From the IMG/VR virus record IMGVR_UViG_3300043803_000445, positions 498-64,497 of that record: a DNA stretch of 64,000 bases. The stretch is one strand, 5' to 3'. Positions 1 to 10,068 of this stretch are shown here, piece after piece. Below the pieces are notes generated by a model. It was not told the DNA's origin, ran no database searches, and saw only the letters and a list, made by a program, of their open reading frames with translations. The translations under genes and the position numbers were made by a program. The number at the start of each line of letters is the position of its first letter. Within the stretch, counting starts at the first letter, position 1. The stretch comes from a virus (Duplodnaviria; Caudoviricetes).

Positions 1-1090
1 TTTGGAAATATTCAATATCAGCAAGTTCTCCAAGATTTTGTCCACCAGGTAAGGTAGTAATTTCTGTTCCTCTACCACCTTCTCTTCTAGGCAACCAAAA
101 ATCCTCAAGCATTGCCATATATTTACGATCATCACGAATTTCACCAGTATTTGCATCGTAAACAAGTTTGTTTCTATAACGATTCATCACATCTCTAAGA
201 TATTGCTCTGCTTTAATCTTAGGTAGATTGCCGACATCAATGTAGAAAATTCTTCTTTCTGGAGCACGAGACAATCTATAAATTACAAGACTGTCTTCAA
301 TCATTCTTAACTGATTGAGTGCCTTAATTGCTTTATGAAGGAATGAAAGAACTGTTTGCTTATTTCTATCTACAAGACCAGAAGTAACATACACAATCGC
401 ATCTTTTGCAATTTTTACGTTATTTACATCCGATACTCGATATGTAGCATTTTGTGATGACCCAACATTTGGGTCATACATATAAAATTCTTCTACCTCT
501 TGATTACTAAAATCAACTTGATTTTTTCCATTTACAATATTTCTATATTGAGCACCAAAAGCATCTTTATTATCTTTTTTTAATTTTCTTACGTATTTAA
601 TTTTTAATGCATCAATATATCTTACTTCTTTAATTCCATCAGAAGGTTTGTTAAAATCAATTACTTTATGGTAATAAATTCTTCCATCAATATACCAATT
701 TCTAAAAATCTCATGGCACTTCTTATCGAAGTCCATAATTTCTTTAATATACTTAAATTCTTCTCGAATAATCTCTTTTAATTTATCAGAAGCAGGAAGA
801 TTCGAAAGATCTATTTCTACTGGAGAATCATTTAAGTCTGATACAATTGCCTCATTTACGACATCCTCAATAGCACTATCACATTCTGGATGCAAAGACA
901 TCTCACGATATCTTCGGATTAAATCTGCTTCACTCTTATAAACACCTTCAATATCTACATATTGACCGTAGAAACCACTCGAAATATAAAAGTCTGATTT
1001 GTCTTCATCATTACGAGGAATGGGAGAAACAATCTTACTGGACTGCTTCTCCCTATTATCTTCAAATTTAAAACCAAACAATTTTGCCAT
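1..1090 (-). CDS. gp20: Portal vertex protein gp20 (N-terminal part, runs off window)
   Basis: ATG at 1090 (MAKLFGFKFED...); translation contains YREMSLHPECDSAIEDVVNEAI, FRNWYIDGRIYYHK, RAPERRIFYIDVGNLPK and EDFWLPRREGGRGTEITTLPGGQNLGE, hallmark T4 gp20 motifs; follows gp19. Confidence 0.97.
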   Translation of the reverse strand, partial: MAKLFGFKFEDNREKQSSKIVSPIPRNDEDKSDFYISSGFYGQYVDIEGVYKSEADLIRRYREMSLHPECDSAIEDVVNEAIVSDLNDSPVEIDLSNLPASDKLKEIIREEFKYIKEIMDFDKKCHEIFRNWYIDGRIYYHKVIDFNKPSDGIKEVRYIDALKIKYVRKLKKDNKDAFGAQYRNIVNGKNQVDFSNQEVEEFYMYDPNVGSSQNATYRVSDVNNVKIAKDAIVYVTSGLVDRNKQTVLSFLHKAIKALNQLRMIEDSLVIYRLSRAPERRIFYIDVGNLPKIKAEQYLRDVMNRYRNKLVYDANTGEIRDDRKYMAMLEDFWLPRREGGRGTEITTLPGGQNLGELADIEYFQ

Positions 1091-1115
1091 AGTAACGTTG
1101 TTGTCCTTATTCTAC

Positions 1116-1123
1116 TATTTAGA
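1116..1123 (-). promoter_or_regulatory. T4-type late promoter (TCTAAATA) for gp20
   Basis: Plus-strand tatttaga about 25 nt upstream of the gp20 ATG; resembles the gp55 consensus TATAAATA. Confidence 0.7.
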
Positions 1124-1137
1124 TGCCCAATAATTCA

Positions 1138-1788
1138 TCAAAATTCTTCTTCATTACCAGAACCAAGAATAGATACATTGTTTGTATCAAGAGCATCCCA
1201 CCATTGAACTTGAAGGTCTACTGTGAATTCTTCAATAGTATCTGCTTGATCGTATGAAAGATCAATCGCACTAATGGAAGTTGGGAATGTTCCATAAAAT
1301 TCATATTGTTTGAGAACTTTTATCTGATTATTTGTTGTAAGATTACCATTAATTTCTGCTTTACCAAGTTGATAAACTTTCATATTTCTTTGATAGTTAG
1401 CAGGATCCAATTCACCAGAATTGTCTTCGTGCTTATTCATATAGTTCATCCACTTTTCAAAAGCATTTCTGATCTTGAAGTCGGTATCATTAATTACTGT
1501 AATTGTCCAAGGATCGAATGTTCTATCACCAGCAATCTTAAGATTTCTTCCTCTAAAAGGAATATCAATTACGTTAATTGTTGAAGCAGGTAATTGTGCT
1601 GATTTAATTAAAAATCTAGTTGTATCCTCAACATCATTTCCACCAAATCCCAAATTGAGATTATCAGGAAAAGTAATTTCACATTCAAAGAGGTTAGGTC
1701 TTGCTCCACCTCCAGAAATTCTATTCTTGAAGTCGTTTAGAGTTCTAGATCCAGGTGATACTGGACCACCAGTAAATTGATTTGCCAT
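1138..1788 (-). CDS. gp19: Tail tube protein gp19
   Basis: GGARPNLF, FRGRNLKIAGDRTFDPWTITVIND, LSYDQADTIEEFTV motifs; lies between gp18 and gp20. Confidence 0.96.
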   Translation of the reverse strand: MANQFTGGPVSPGSRTLNDFKNRISGGGARPNLFECEITFPDNLNLGFGGNDVEDTTRFLIKSAQLPASTINVIDIPFRGRNLKIAGDRTFDPWTITVINDTDFKIRNAFEKWMNYMNKHEDNSGELDPANYQRNMKVYQLGKAEINGNLTTNNQIKVLKQYEFYGTFPTSISAIDLSYDQADTIEEFTVDLQVQWWDALDTNNVSILGSGNEEEF

Positions 1789-1806
1789 TAGTTTTTACCT
1801 CTTTGA

Positions 1807-4215
1807 TTAAACAGTACCGATAATTTCTTCAAAACTAACTCCTGTGCGAGTAGCAACAAAAGTCAATCCAATAAAGTTGATTGATCTTGCGGGTTTGATG
1901 TAGATATCAGCTTTGAATTGATTTCCATCAATAACATCTGGAGTGTTGTTTGACTCATCGCAGACAACAACGAAATCAGTAATACCTCTTTTTGACTTCA
2001 CATCACGGAGATAAGGATCAACGATATTAATAAAGTTTGCTCTAGTGATTGTATCATTAAACTCAAAGAGTTGTGCTCTTGCTGCTCTTTCAATCGTTGC
2101 TTCGAGTGTCAAGAACAAACGACGAACGTTAATTCTATCAAATGCTGAAGTATAAGAAAGGGCAGTCTTATCACCAAAGAGAATAATTCCAGCACCAGGA
2201 GAGAAAATAATTGGGTTAATTCTCTTAGGATAAAGAAGGTCTCTTTGACCTTGTGAAGGATTGTAGGCAAGTTTAACTGCGTTATTGAGTGCTCCTCTGT
2301 TTGCACCAGCAGGTGAGAACCAAGGAAATTGATTGATTGATGTTCTAGCCATCAATCCAGCAACGTCAGCATTGCAGGCAATGTATCTAAACTGATTGTT
2401 AAATCTATCAAAAACGTACTTATAACCAGCATCAAATACTGCGTAAGAAGATGAAGTTAATGGGTCAAAGAAATTAACAATGTTATCGGTTTGAGTATCA
2501 GAGTTTGCTATATCAACAACACCTGCTTTATGAGGTGAAATAGTAGCAACACAGTCCTTGCGATTATCTGCAATTGAGATTAATTCATTTGCTTTTGCTT
2601 GTGATTCATAAATTGAAGCACCACCAGAAGGACCACCAATTATAAAGTTGATTTGATATTCTGCTGGATTTGTAAAGTTTCTATATCCACTAATTACATC
2701 TGCTAAAGAAACTGAATAACCACCAACAGTTCCAATTCCAGAATAATCTGTGCCACCAGTTAAATTGTAGGTAGTTGCACCAATTACATTAAATGTATTT
2801 CCTTGTGCGGTTAGACCCCAAGTAGTATTGGATGCTGATGAAACTCCCGATACTGTTGCAAATTTTGAAGGACCACCAACTGGAGCAAATCCAGGGAAAA
2901 TATATTGTGAATTTGCAGCAATAATATCTTTATAGTAATTTGGTTCTGATGGTGTAATCTTCGCATCGGATGCTTTAGAAAGATTTGTATATTTTTCTAC
3001 AATATTTCCAGCAGTACCAGTTACTACTCCAGTATCATCAACAACAACGACGTGAAGTTCATCATTTCTTCCACTTCTCTCGGAAGAATATTGAGAAGTT
3101 TTTGGTCTTGGTGCGATATTTTTCCAATAAACAGTAGCATTTGATAATCCTAATGTTTGCTCGTTATACCAATCAGAAACTGATGTGGGAGTAGTTTGTC
3201 CATTAGTATTATAAATTACAAATGTATATGATCCAGGATTGAGTATAGTTGTGCTCAATCCAATAGTATTATAAACATCTGTCGTGGTAATTCCAGTGAC
3301 TGGATTTATAGATGTGGTTCCAAATCCACTAATAGTTGTACCAGAACTCAAAGCAGAACCAGTTGTTGATTTAATTTTTTGTCCAGTAGAAAGACCAGAT
3401 ACACGACTATCACCAAGTGGAAGTGTTATTAATGCTCTGCTAGTACTGGTTATGCCACTAAAAGTAGGGATTACAGAATCTTCAAGTTCAACTGAACCAC
3501 TATTATTTGTAATGTAAATAGATGAACTACTGTTAAATGCATTTACACTTCCTTCAGAATAAGAAGTTTCAGCAAATACAGTTGAACCAGCACCAGAAGA
3601 TTTTGCGGTAATTTTTACATCAATAGAACCAGAATTGACTTTGGTAATAATGCCTTTGAGTAATCCTTGTTCTCTTGTTGTTGTTCCAATACCAGCAACT
3701 GTTTGATCAAATGAAGCAGTAACAGCATATCCAACCTGCACGTTAGTAGTACTAATAGCAAGTCTTTGGTCTGCTGCAGCATCAACCACACAAACCTTTA
3801 AGTTATTTGCCCAAGAACCTGGATTCTTGGAAGACCAATACCAACTAGTAGCAGTTGAATAATTATTATTATAATCTTCTGTTGATTTGATTTTTAATGT
3901 TACTGACGTTGCATTAACTCCAGCATTTGAGTTATTTAAACTGGTTCCATTACATCTTACAACTCTTAGAATACCACCGTAAGAAAGATATGAAGAAGCA
4001 CCTAACCAATATTCGTATTGCGAATCTGAAGAAATTGGTTTACCAAATACATTAAGTAAATCATTCTCAGTTTCAATTAAAATAGGAACATCAACTGGAC
4101 CCTTCTGAAAAGGTCCAGCAATAGCGCCAACTTGATTATTTGCTGCTGTGATACCACCAACAGTTAAGTCAACTTCTCTTATCTTGACTCCAGGTGATAC
4201 TAAATTTACCGCCAT
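1807..4215 (-). CDS. gp18: Contractile tail sheath protein gp18
   Basis: N-term SPGVKIREVDLT; C-term PWFSPAG, FGDKT, FDRINVRRLF, KPARSINFI. Confidence 0.97.
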   Translation of the reverse strand: MAVNLVSPGVKIREVDLTVGGITAANNQVGAIAGPFQKGPVDVPILIETENDLLNVFGKPISSDSQYEYWLGASSYLSYGGILRVVRCNGTSLNNSNAGVNATSVTLKIKSTEDYNNNYSTATSWYWSSKNPGSWANNLKVCVVDAAADQRLAISTTNVQVGYAVTASFDQTVAGIGTTTREQGLLKGIITKVNSGSIDVKITAKSSGAGSTVFAETSYSEGSVNAFNSSSSIYITNNSGSVELEDSVIPTFSGITSTSRALITLPLGDSRVSGLSTGQKIKSTTGSALSSGTTISGFGTTSINPVTGITTTDVYNTIGLSTTILNPGSYTFVIYNTNGQTTPTSVSDWYNEQTLGLSNATVYWKNIAPRPKTSQYSSERSGRNDELHVVVVDDTGVVTGTAGNIVEKYTNLSKASDAKITPSEPNYYKDIIAANSQYIFPGFAPVGGPSKFATVSGVSSASNTTWGLTAQGNTFNVIGATTYNLTGGTDYSGIGTVGGYSVSLADVISGYRNFTNPAEYQINFIIGGPSGGASIYESQAKANELISIADNRKDCVATISPHKAGVVDIANSDTQTDNIVNFFDPLTSSSYAVFDAGYKYVFDRFNNQFRYIACNADVAGLMARTSINQFPWFSPAGANRGALNNAVKLAYNPSQGQRDLLYPKRINPIIFSPGAGIILFGDKTALSYTSAFDRINVRRLFLTLEATIERAARAQLFEFNDTITRANFINIVDPYLRDVKSKRGITDFVVVCDESNNTPDVIDGNQFKADIYIKPARSINFIGLTFVATRTGVSFEEIIGTV

Positions 4216-4253
4216 CTTTTTCCCCTCTTGAAGAAGTTCATTTTGTCTAGAAG

Positions 4254-4261
4254 TATTTATA
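4254..4261 (-). promoter_or_regulatory. Late promoter TATAAATA for gp18
   Basis: Exact T4 late consensus upstream of gp18. Confidence 0.8.
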
Positions 4262-4279
4262 AATTGCTAACTTTATGTT

Positions 4280-5929
4280 TTACTGATATTGCCACATATA
4301 AGAAACATCACCATATTCATCTAAATGCCACCTATCTCCATCCTCATCAACGAAAGAAGTTTCTTCACTTAACCCATCCGATAAAAATCCAAATGGTGCC
4401 ATATCTTGTTCTATTTGATCTTTTTGATCTTCGTAAATTCTTTTGCGAACATCATTATCAGTCATCTCCTTGAAATAATCCTGAACGACCAACCAGGCAA
4501 AAATTACAAGACACATCGCAAGGTCATCATTGCATCCTTCTTCTGCTTCAAAGGATTGACTCTTTTGAATAAAAGTAGTTAATTCACTAATAATGTCATA
4601 ATCTTTGATGACTAGTTTGTCATCTTCTATAATTGTTTTTAAATTAGAGCATCCAACTTTTTTAACTGTTTTGGACATTTTAATTCCAAGTTGAGTTTTC
4701 TTTCCAGAAAATCCCTGTCCGACCATTTGACCTGCTCTTCCTCTCATCGAACACATCAAAATGTTATCGTATTCTAAATCAAAATGAAGTATACTTGATA
4801 CTTGCTCTCCAATATCATTCACTTCAGCAAGAACAAATGCTTTATTATATGCTTTTGCAACTTCGTGAATAATATTTGGGAAAAGCATAGGCTTGATTTC
4901 GTTGTTTCGATATTTTGCGACTACCTTATATGGGAATTGACTAATATCAAACACAATAAATGCCGAGTAGTCATTACTCATTCCACGAGATACGTCAACA
5001 GTCATTAAATATGTGTGCTTTTCTATTGGATCTTCATAAACATCCATTCCTTTGCTTCTAGTGAGTGGATCATCATAAACCATCATTCTAAGTTTTGATG
5101 GAGTAATCAGAGTATCAACAGACCCCAAGAATTCACACTCAAACTCTTGTGTAAACTGTCTTTCGGATGTATTTGCAATTGTTTGTCGTTTCCACTCTGC
5201 ATCTCTGCCAGGAACTGCAGACCAATGAACTTCCAATGGAACATAACCATTCTTTCCTCTTTCGGCATCATGCCAAAGTTTATAAAACATATTCATCCCA
5301 TTGGGAGTTGAGATGATAATAACCTTTGTGCTTTGTCCTGAAGAAATAGTGGGATACACAGAAGAGAAAAACTGTTCTGCAATATGATTTGGAATGAACG
5401 CAAATTCGTCCAAGAAAATAATATTAAAAGAGTTTCCTCGAACAGCAGATGATGATGTAGATGCCGCTACGATTTTAGACCCATTTTCAAGTTCTAATGA
5501 ACCTTTGTTCCAAGAACCAACACCTTGCTGTAACCATTTTGGTAAATTTTCATAAGACAATTGCAATCTACCTAAAAGTTCTCTTGCTGTTTCTGCTTTG
5601 TTTGCTAGAATTGCGATTCTTATATTATCATTAAACAGAGCATAATGAAGAAGATATGATACAACAGTAGTTGATTTTCCTGTCTGTCTGGGAAGTTTTG
5701 CAATATTAAATCTATTTTCGTGAAAGTTTGTAATCAATTCTTCTTGGAAATCATACATATCAAACGGAACTAATCCGTGATCCAAAGAAACAATTTTTAC
5801 ATAATTTTTTGCAAAATGAATTGGGTCACTTTTGCATTTTAAGTATTCTTGGATTTGGTCTGTAGTAAATTCAATTTGAACGTTTTCCGCTTTTAAGTTC
5901 GGATTACCCTTATAATGTTTATCGATCAT
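4280..5929 (-). CDS. gp17: Terminase large subunit gp17
   Basis: Walker A PRQTGKST, Walker B IIFLDEFAF, STPNG coupling motif, RNase H-like DVSRG...DYSA and NDDL. Confidence 0.98.
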   Translation of the reverse strand: MIDKHYKGNPNLKAENVQIEFTTDQIQEYLKCKSDPIHFAKNYVKIVSLDHGLVPFDMYDFQEELITNFHENRFNIAKLPRQTGKSTTVVSYLLHYALFNDNIRIAILANKAETARELLGRLQLSYENLPKWLQQGVGSWNKGSLELENGSKIVAASTSSSAVRGNSFNIIFLDEFAFIPNHIAEQFFSSVYPTISSGQSTKVIIISTPNGMNMFYKLWHDAERGKNGYVPLEVHWSAVPGRDAEWKRQTIANTSERQFTQEFECEFLGSVDTLITPSKLRMMVYDDPLTRSKGMDVYEDPIEKHTYLMTVDVSRGMSNDYSAFIVFDISQFPYKVVAKYRNNEIKPMLFPNIIHEVAKAYNKAFVLAEVNDIGEQVSSILHFDLEYDNILMCSMRGRAGQMVGQGFSGKKTQLGIKMSKTVKKVGCSNLKTIIEDDKLVIKDYDIISELTTFIQKSQSFEAEEGCNDDLAMCLVIFAWLVVQDYFKEMTDNDVRKRIYEDQKDQIEQDMAPFGFLSDGLSEETSFVDEDGDRWHLDEYGDVSYMWQYQ

Positions 5930-6102
5930 AAATTAATAGCCATATTTGCAACTGTTTCTTGTTGTTTAAAATAAAGTTTTACATAGCATTTTGCTATATT
6001 TTTTAGAAGTTCTATATTATCACAAGTATCAAGTTCCCTAGAAATTCTTTCGTATTCAAAAATCTTAGAAAGATTTTCCAGTTCAATATCGTCTGGATTC
6101 AT
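5926..6102 (-). CDS. Small helical protein, NblA (phycobilisome degradation)-like
   Basis: 58 aa MNPDDIELENLSKIFEYERISRELD...CYVKLYFKQQE; two-helix pattern resembling NblA; stop overlaps the gp17 ATG (ATGA). Confidence 0.5.
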   Translation of the reverse strand: MNPDDIELENLSKIFEYERISRELDTCDNIELLKNIAKCYVKLYFKQQETVANMAINL

Positions 6103-7174
6103 TTTCATCTCCTGTAAACAATAATGGTTTTGTTGGGTCTTTTGTCGATGGATTAAACGATAATACAATCGCACCAGGATATATCTTTCTTACTTCATAA
6201 GTGACCTGATCTTTTGGTGGTCTAGCAAATTGTGGGAAAAACATTTGAACTGAAAGATATTTACCTCTCCAATTTAACAGAATACTATAAGTAGATCCAC
6301 GAGACTGTATCCTTGTATATCCTTCATCTACATTATCTTTTTTTGTTTTATTTCCCCAATTTGCTGCACCAACTTTACGGCATTTGACTAATGCTCCAGA
6401 TGCATAAGCACTAGGCCAAATTTTATATCTAGATTTTACTTTTTCTTTGCAAGCATCTTCATTTACAAATTCTTCAGTCTTAACATTTTTTGCTTGTCCT
6501 GATCTATTTGGATTTGGATCTTCTTTTCTTTTTCTTCTTGCTGCTGCATCTTCTTCCTCATCTGACATATTTGCAGCCATTTTTGATGAACCGCATTTTG
6601 GTTTTGTGGTTTGTCCTGGTTGTTTCGCACAAGGAGCACCTGCAAACTTACCTCCTATTTGACGCCATCCTGGTACTTTTTTTCCTGTTTTTGGATTTGT
6701 TCCACTTGATTTTGTAAACCAATCATGAAGAGATGAATCACCAGATTTTGTTTCTTCACTAACACCTTTCATTTTTTTTGGTTTAATTAAATCAACAATT
6801 TCCAAAAATGTATTTCCATTTGCGTCTTCAATCGTAACTGTTTCCTTTACGTCTTTGAACTTCTTATGTTCTTTTTTTGCACTTGCTTCCATTTTTTTGA
6901 GACGAGTATAATAATCTGGAATTTCTTCAAGATGCTGAAGTGCAATATCAGTTGCTAGTGTTTTGTTTTTTGTATGTTCGTGTTCGATGGGCACACCCAT
7001 CTTAAGTTGATTTTCAATAAAAGATACATCTAAACGATGCTTTGCCGCAATTGCTTCAACTGTTTTATGTGATTTTACTTTAGGGCACTTTGCAGTTCCG
7101 TGAGTGGGGCATTCCATTCCCTTTGGACTTCCATTGCAACTTGCTTCTAAAATAAATTCCTGAAAAGTTTTCAT
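6083..7174 (-). CDS. Internal head / virion protein with capsid-targeting-like N-terminus
   Basis: N-term MKTFQEFILE resembles the T4 IPII/IPIII targeting sequence MKTYQEFIAE; modular basic segments (EHEHT...DYYTRL; WPSAYASGALVKCRK); late promoter at 7190-7197. Confidence 0.65.
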   Translation of the reverse strand: MKTFQEFILEASCNGSPKGMECPTHGTAKCPKVKSHKTVEAIAAKHRLDVSFIENQLKMGVPIEHEHTKNKTLATDIALQHLEEIPDYYTRLKKMEASAKKEHKKFKDVKETVTIEDANGNTFLEIVDLIKPKKMKGVSEETKSGDSSLHDWFTKSSGTNPKTGKKVPGWRQIGGKFAGAPCAKQPGQTTKPKCGSSKMAANMSDEEEDAAARRKRKEDPNPNRSGQAKNVKTEEFVNEDACKEKVKSRYKIWPSAYASGALVKCRKVGAANWGNKTKKDNVDEGYTRIQSRGSTYSILLNWRGKYLSVQMFFPQFARPPKDQVTYEVRKIYPGAIVLSFNPSTKDPTKPLLFTGDENESRRY

Positions 7175-7188
7175 TAGAAATTTTTTAA

Positions 7189-7611
7189 CTATTTAGAATC
7201 CATTAAACCTTGCTTCAATAATTTTTGAAGATCTGCGGTTGAACCAATAAAGACAGAGTTATTAACAGTGGAAGGACCTTTTATATCTTCTTCTTTAAGT
7301 TTCTTCATTTTGTGTTGCAAATCAATCAATTTATCTGTCACATCACCAACACTTTTAATTAATTGTCCTGCAACTTCATATGCTCTTGGACTATCACTTT
7401 GCTGTGCTAAATCCATAATATTATCAATTGCTTCTTGTCCTTTTTCAATTAATGAATATAGATTTCCTCTTGTATATTCGTAATCTTTATCACTCTCCTC
7501 ACCAAAAGTTGGTCTTGCTATTGCTTCTTTTGATTTTTTTACAATTTCTTTTGATACAGAAGTTGCTTCTATTTCTAATGCTTCGTCTATATTTTCAAAT
7601 TTGCTTTTCAT
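7189..7611 (-). CDS. gp16: Terminase small subunit gp16
   Basis: DYEYTRGNLYSLIEKGQEA, SPRAYEVAGQLIK, VFIGSTADLQK. Confidence 0.94.
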   Translation of the reverse strand: MKSKFENIDEALEIEATSVSKEIVKKSKEAIARPTFGEESDKDYEYTRGNLYSLIEKGQEAIDNIMDLAQQSDSPRAYEVAGQLIKSVGDVTDKLIDLQHKMKKLKEEDIKGPSTVNNSVFIGSTADLQKLLKQGLMDSK

Positions 7612-8666
7612 AATGATACGTCAATTCCCTTTGTTGTACTATAAATCTTACCATCACCAAAATCAAAACGAGATTCACTAAATCCAAAATCATCATCCAT
7701 TTCAACTAATTCATTATCTTCAACTGTAATCGCATCAATTGAATCCCCTTCATTGTGAGATTCAATTGATGTACCATCTTGCCCTCTTAATACAGTAAGA
7801 ATATTTTCAGAAATATTTTTAATATACATTTCTTCATTACCAATCATAATATAGGAACCCTCAACTAATGAGACAGCACTGGAAACATTAAATACAGTTA
7901 CTTTATCATCAATGTTTTGGGAAAGTGTTGTTGTATTGTCATTATTATAATCCTTAATTGCTCTTGGAGTAGCAGTATATCTTAATTGTCTTGATGCATT
8001 CTTAGTATCTGTATTTGTATAATAATCAACTTGAACTTTTTTGATTAATCCATCTGTACTATCAGCAATTGGACCAAATAGATATGTTTTTGCCGTAAAG
8101 TTCAATGTGTATACTAAAGCTCTCCTTTCTGTATAATTCCCTTCATAATTATCTTCCATATTAATTCCTTCAAGAGTTATTGGAATATCTTTTTTCTCAC
8201 CTATTGATGAAATCAAATTAATTGTTAATGTGAAATTTGGTTGAAATGCTGGAAGAATTTGTTCTACAATTTGTAGCATATCATCATTCAACTTAGTCAT
8301 GATACTAAGTTGGAATCCAATATTATATGGAACAGGCATAAAAACTTTAACTTGTTCTGTTCTATCAGTAGTTTTTATTGCCTTAAATGTTTGCAAGGCA
8401 GAAATTTTTCTGCTACTATCATATTTTAAACTCGTCATCTCAAAAGACATTCGAGGAAGAGTCATTGCAACTCTTTTCCTTAAATCTGGTTTTTGTTCTA
8501 CTCTTGCTAAAAACTTTTGAATTGGTCCATAAGCAATAGGAACTTTCATAAAACTATAATCAGTACCATCCTTTTCTTCGTGTTTGATATACACTTCATT
8601 AAAAAGTGTACCAAAAGCAATAATGGTTTTCCTGATTATTTCATTGTAACTATAAGTTCCTAACAT
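7608..8666 (-). CDS. gp15: Tail sheath stabilizer/terminator gp15
   Basis: FGTLFN, VPIAYGP, LPRMSFE, QIVEQILPAFQP; carries an extra C-terminal domain. Confidence 0.93.
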   Translation of the reverse strand: MLGTYSYNEIIRKTIIAFGTLFNEVYIKHEEKDGTDYSFMKVPIAYGPIQKFLARVEQKPDLRKRVAMTLPRMSFEMTSLKYDSSRKISALQTFKAIKTTDRTEQVKVFMPVPYNIGFQLSIMTKLNDDMLQIVEQILPAFQPNFTLTINLISSIGEKKDIPITLEGINMEDNYEGNYTERRALVYTLNFTAKTYLFGPIADSTDGLIKKVQVDYYTNTDTKNASRQLRYTATPRAIKDYNNDNTTTLSQNIDDKVTVFNVSSAVSLVEGSYIMIGNEEMYIKNISENILTVLRGQDGTSIESHNEGDSIDAITVEDNELVEMDDDFGFSESRFDFGDGKIYSTTKGIDVSL

Positions 8667-8688
8667 AACAATAGAGTTTATTAATTAT

Positions 8689-10068
8689 TTAGTAATCACC
8701 GAAAGGATTCTTTTGCGAAAAGTCAAGAATATCATCTGCTTCATCTTCAATTTCAATATTTTCTGCATAGGGGTCATACTCATCAAATGTATTAATTGAA
8801 TACACTTTATGTGTTGCTGCTGCACCAACTATCAATTCGCCATTAGCAAAGTTTCCACCAACTATTGAAACTTTAAGCACCCTTGTATCTGCATCCCAAT
8901 CTTTCACATATCCAGTGGTTCCAGTAGAAACTCCTCTAATCATTTCATTAAACTCAAAGTTACCAGTAGAAATTCCAATTGGACTTGCAAGTGTAATTGT
9001 TGGAGTAACAGTATAACCAGCACCAGCATTCGTATAACGAATTGCTGTTACGATTCCAGTGACTGTTAAGACTGCTTCTGCTGTTGCGTTTACTCCACCA
9101 GGAGGAGCAGTGGATATAGAAACAACAGGAGCAGAGGAATACTGACTTCCACCAGAAGTAATAGTTACAATTCCCAAAGTTCTAGAAGCAAGAACAGCAG
9201 TAGCAATTGCACCAGAACCAGATTGTCCCACAATTGTAACTGATGGTATTTGTGTATAACCAGCACCAGGATTAACTATAAGAATTCTATCAATCGAATC
9301 TCCTGTTCTTCCTGTTTTGCTAGTCATAATGGCAACAGCAGTTGCATCAATTCCATCTTCTGGTGCTTTCGAGATTTGAATTATTGGAGTAGATAAATAA
9401 CCAGTTCCATCATTAATTAAATCAATATATTGAACTGATCTATTCAATGTAGAAGCAATCGAAACAGTCGCAGTTGCTCTGGATGCAGTATCCCCAACCA
9501 TCGTGATAGTTTGAATATAACCAAAATCTTGAATCGATTTATCAACTTCATCTATGCTTGTATCGATAAGTTCATCTTCATATCTAAAGATTTCACATCT
9601 TAATTCATAAACATAAAGATTGTTTAGTTGATAAAATGGAACTTTTCCTTCCACATACTTGATCTCAAAAAGACCATTATCGATTGGAAGATAAATTAAA
9701 TCTCCTTCTTGTGGTCTTGTTGCAACTTTAATATCTGGGTCATCTAATAAAAATGGAGATATAAAATCTTCATACCTTTCTTTTGAAATAATAAGAGTTA
9801 ATTCATCACTAGTTTTTACACCAAATTTTGATAAAATATCTCCTTGTCCTCCAAATCCATTAAAATTTGAAATATATGCTTCAATTCTAAAACTATCATC
9901 AAATTTTGATACTAAAACTTCTTTGATAATCGTTTTTTCATTAATCAACTGTCTGGGCATATATACAACATCTTGCCCATACATTTTCAATTGTTCATTG
10001 ATTAAATCTTGAACAAGTCTTTGTTCACTTGAGGCACCTTGTAAAAAATAGGGATTTAGTGGAGACAT
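8689..10068 (-). CDS. gp14: Neck protein gp14
   Basis: NPYFLQG, RPQEGDLIY, PFYQL...YELRCE, DFSQKNPFG; internal beta-repeat insertion. Confidence 0.93.
   Translation of the reverse strand: MSPLNPYFLQGASSEQRLVQDLINEQLKMYGQDVVYMPRQLINEKTIIKEVLVSKFDDSFRIEAYISNFNGFGGQGDILSKFGVKTSDELTLIISKERYEDFISPFLLDDPDIKVATRPQEGDLIYLPIDNGLFEIKYVEGKVPFYQLNNLYVYELRCEIFRYEDELIDTSIDEVDKSIQDFGYIQTITMVGDTASRATATVSIASTLNRSVQYIDLINDGTGYLSTPIIQISKAPEDGIDATAVAIMTSKTGRTGDSIDRILIVNPGAGYTQIPSVTIVGQSGSGAIATAVLASRTLGIVTITSGGSQYSSAPVVSISTAPPGGVNATAEAVLTVTGIVTAIRYTNAGAGYTVTPTITLASPIGISTGNFEFNEMIRGVSTGTTGYVKDWDADTRVLKVSIVGGNFANGELIVGAAATHKVYSINTFDEYDPYAENIEIEDEADDILDFSQKNPFGDY

Noticed and set aside
1-5929. Introns or inteins in gp17, gp18 or gp20
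   Set aside because: Frames are continuous with normal lengths; no intein C/S...HN motifs
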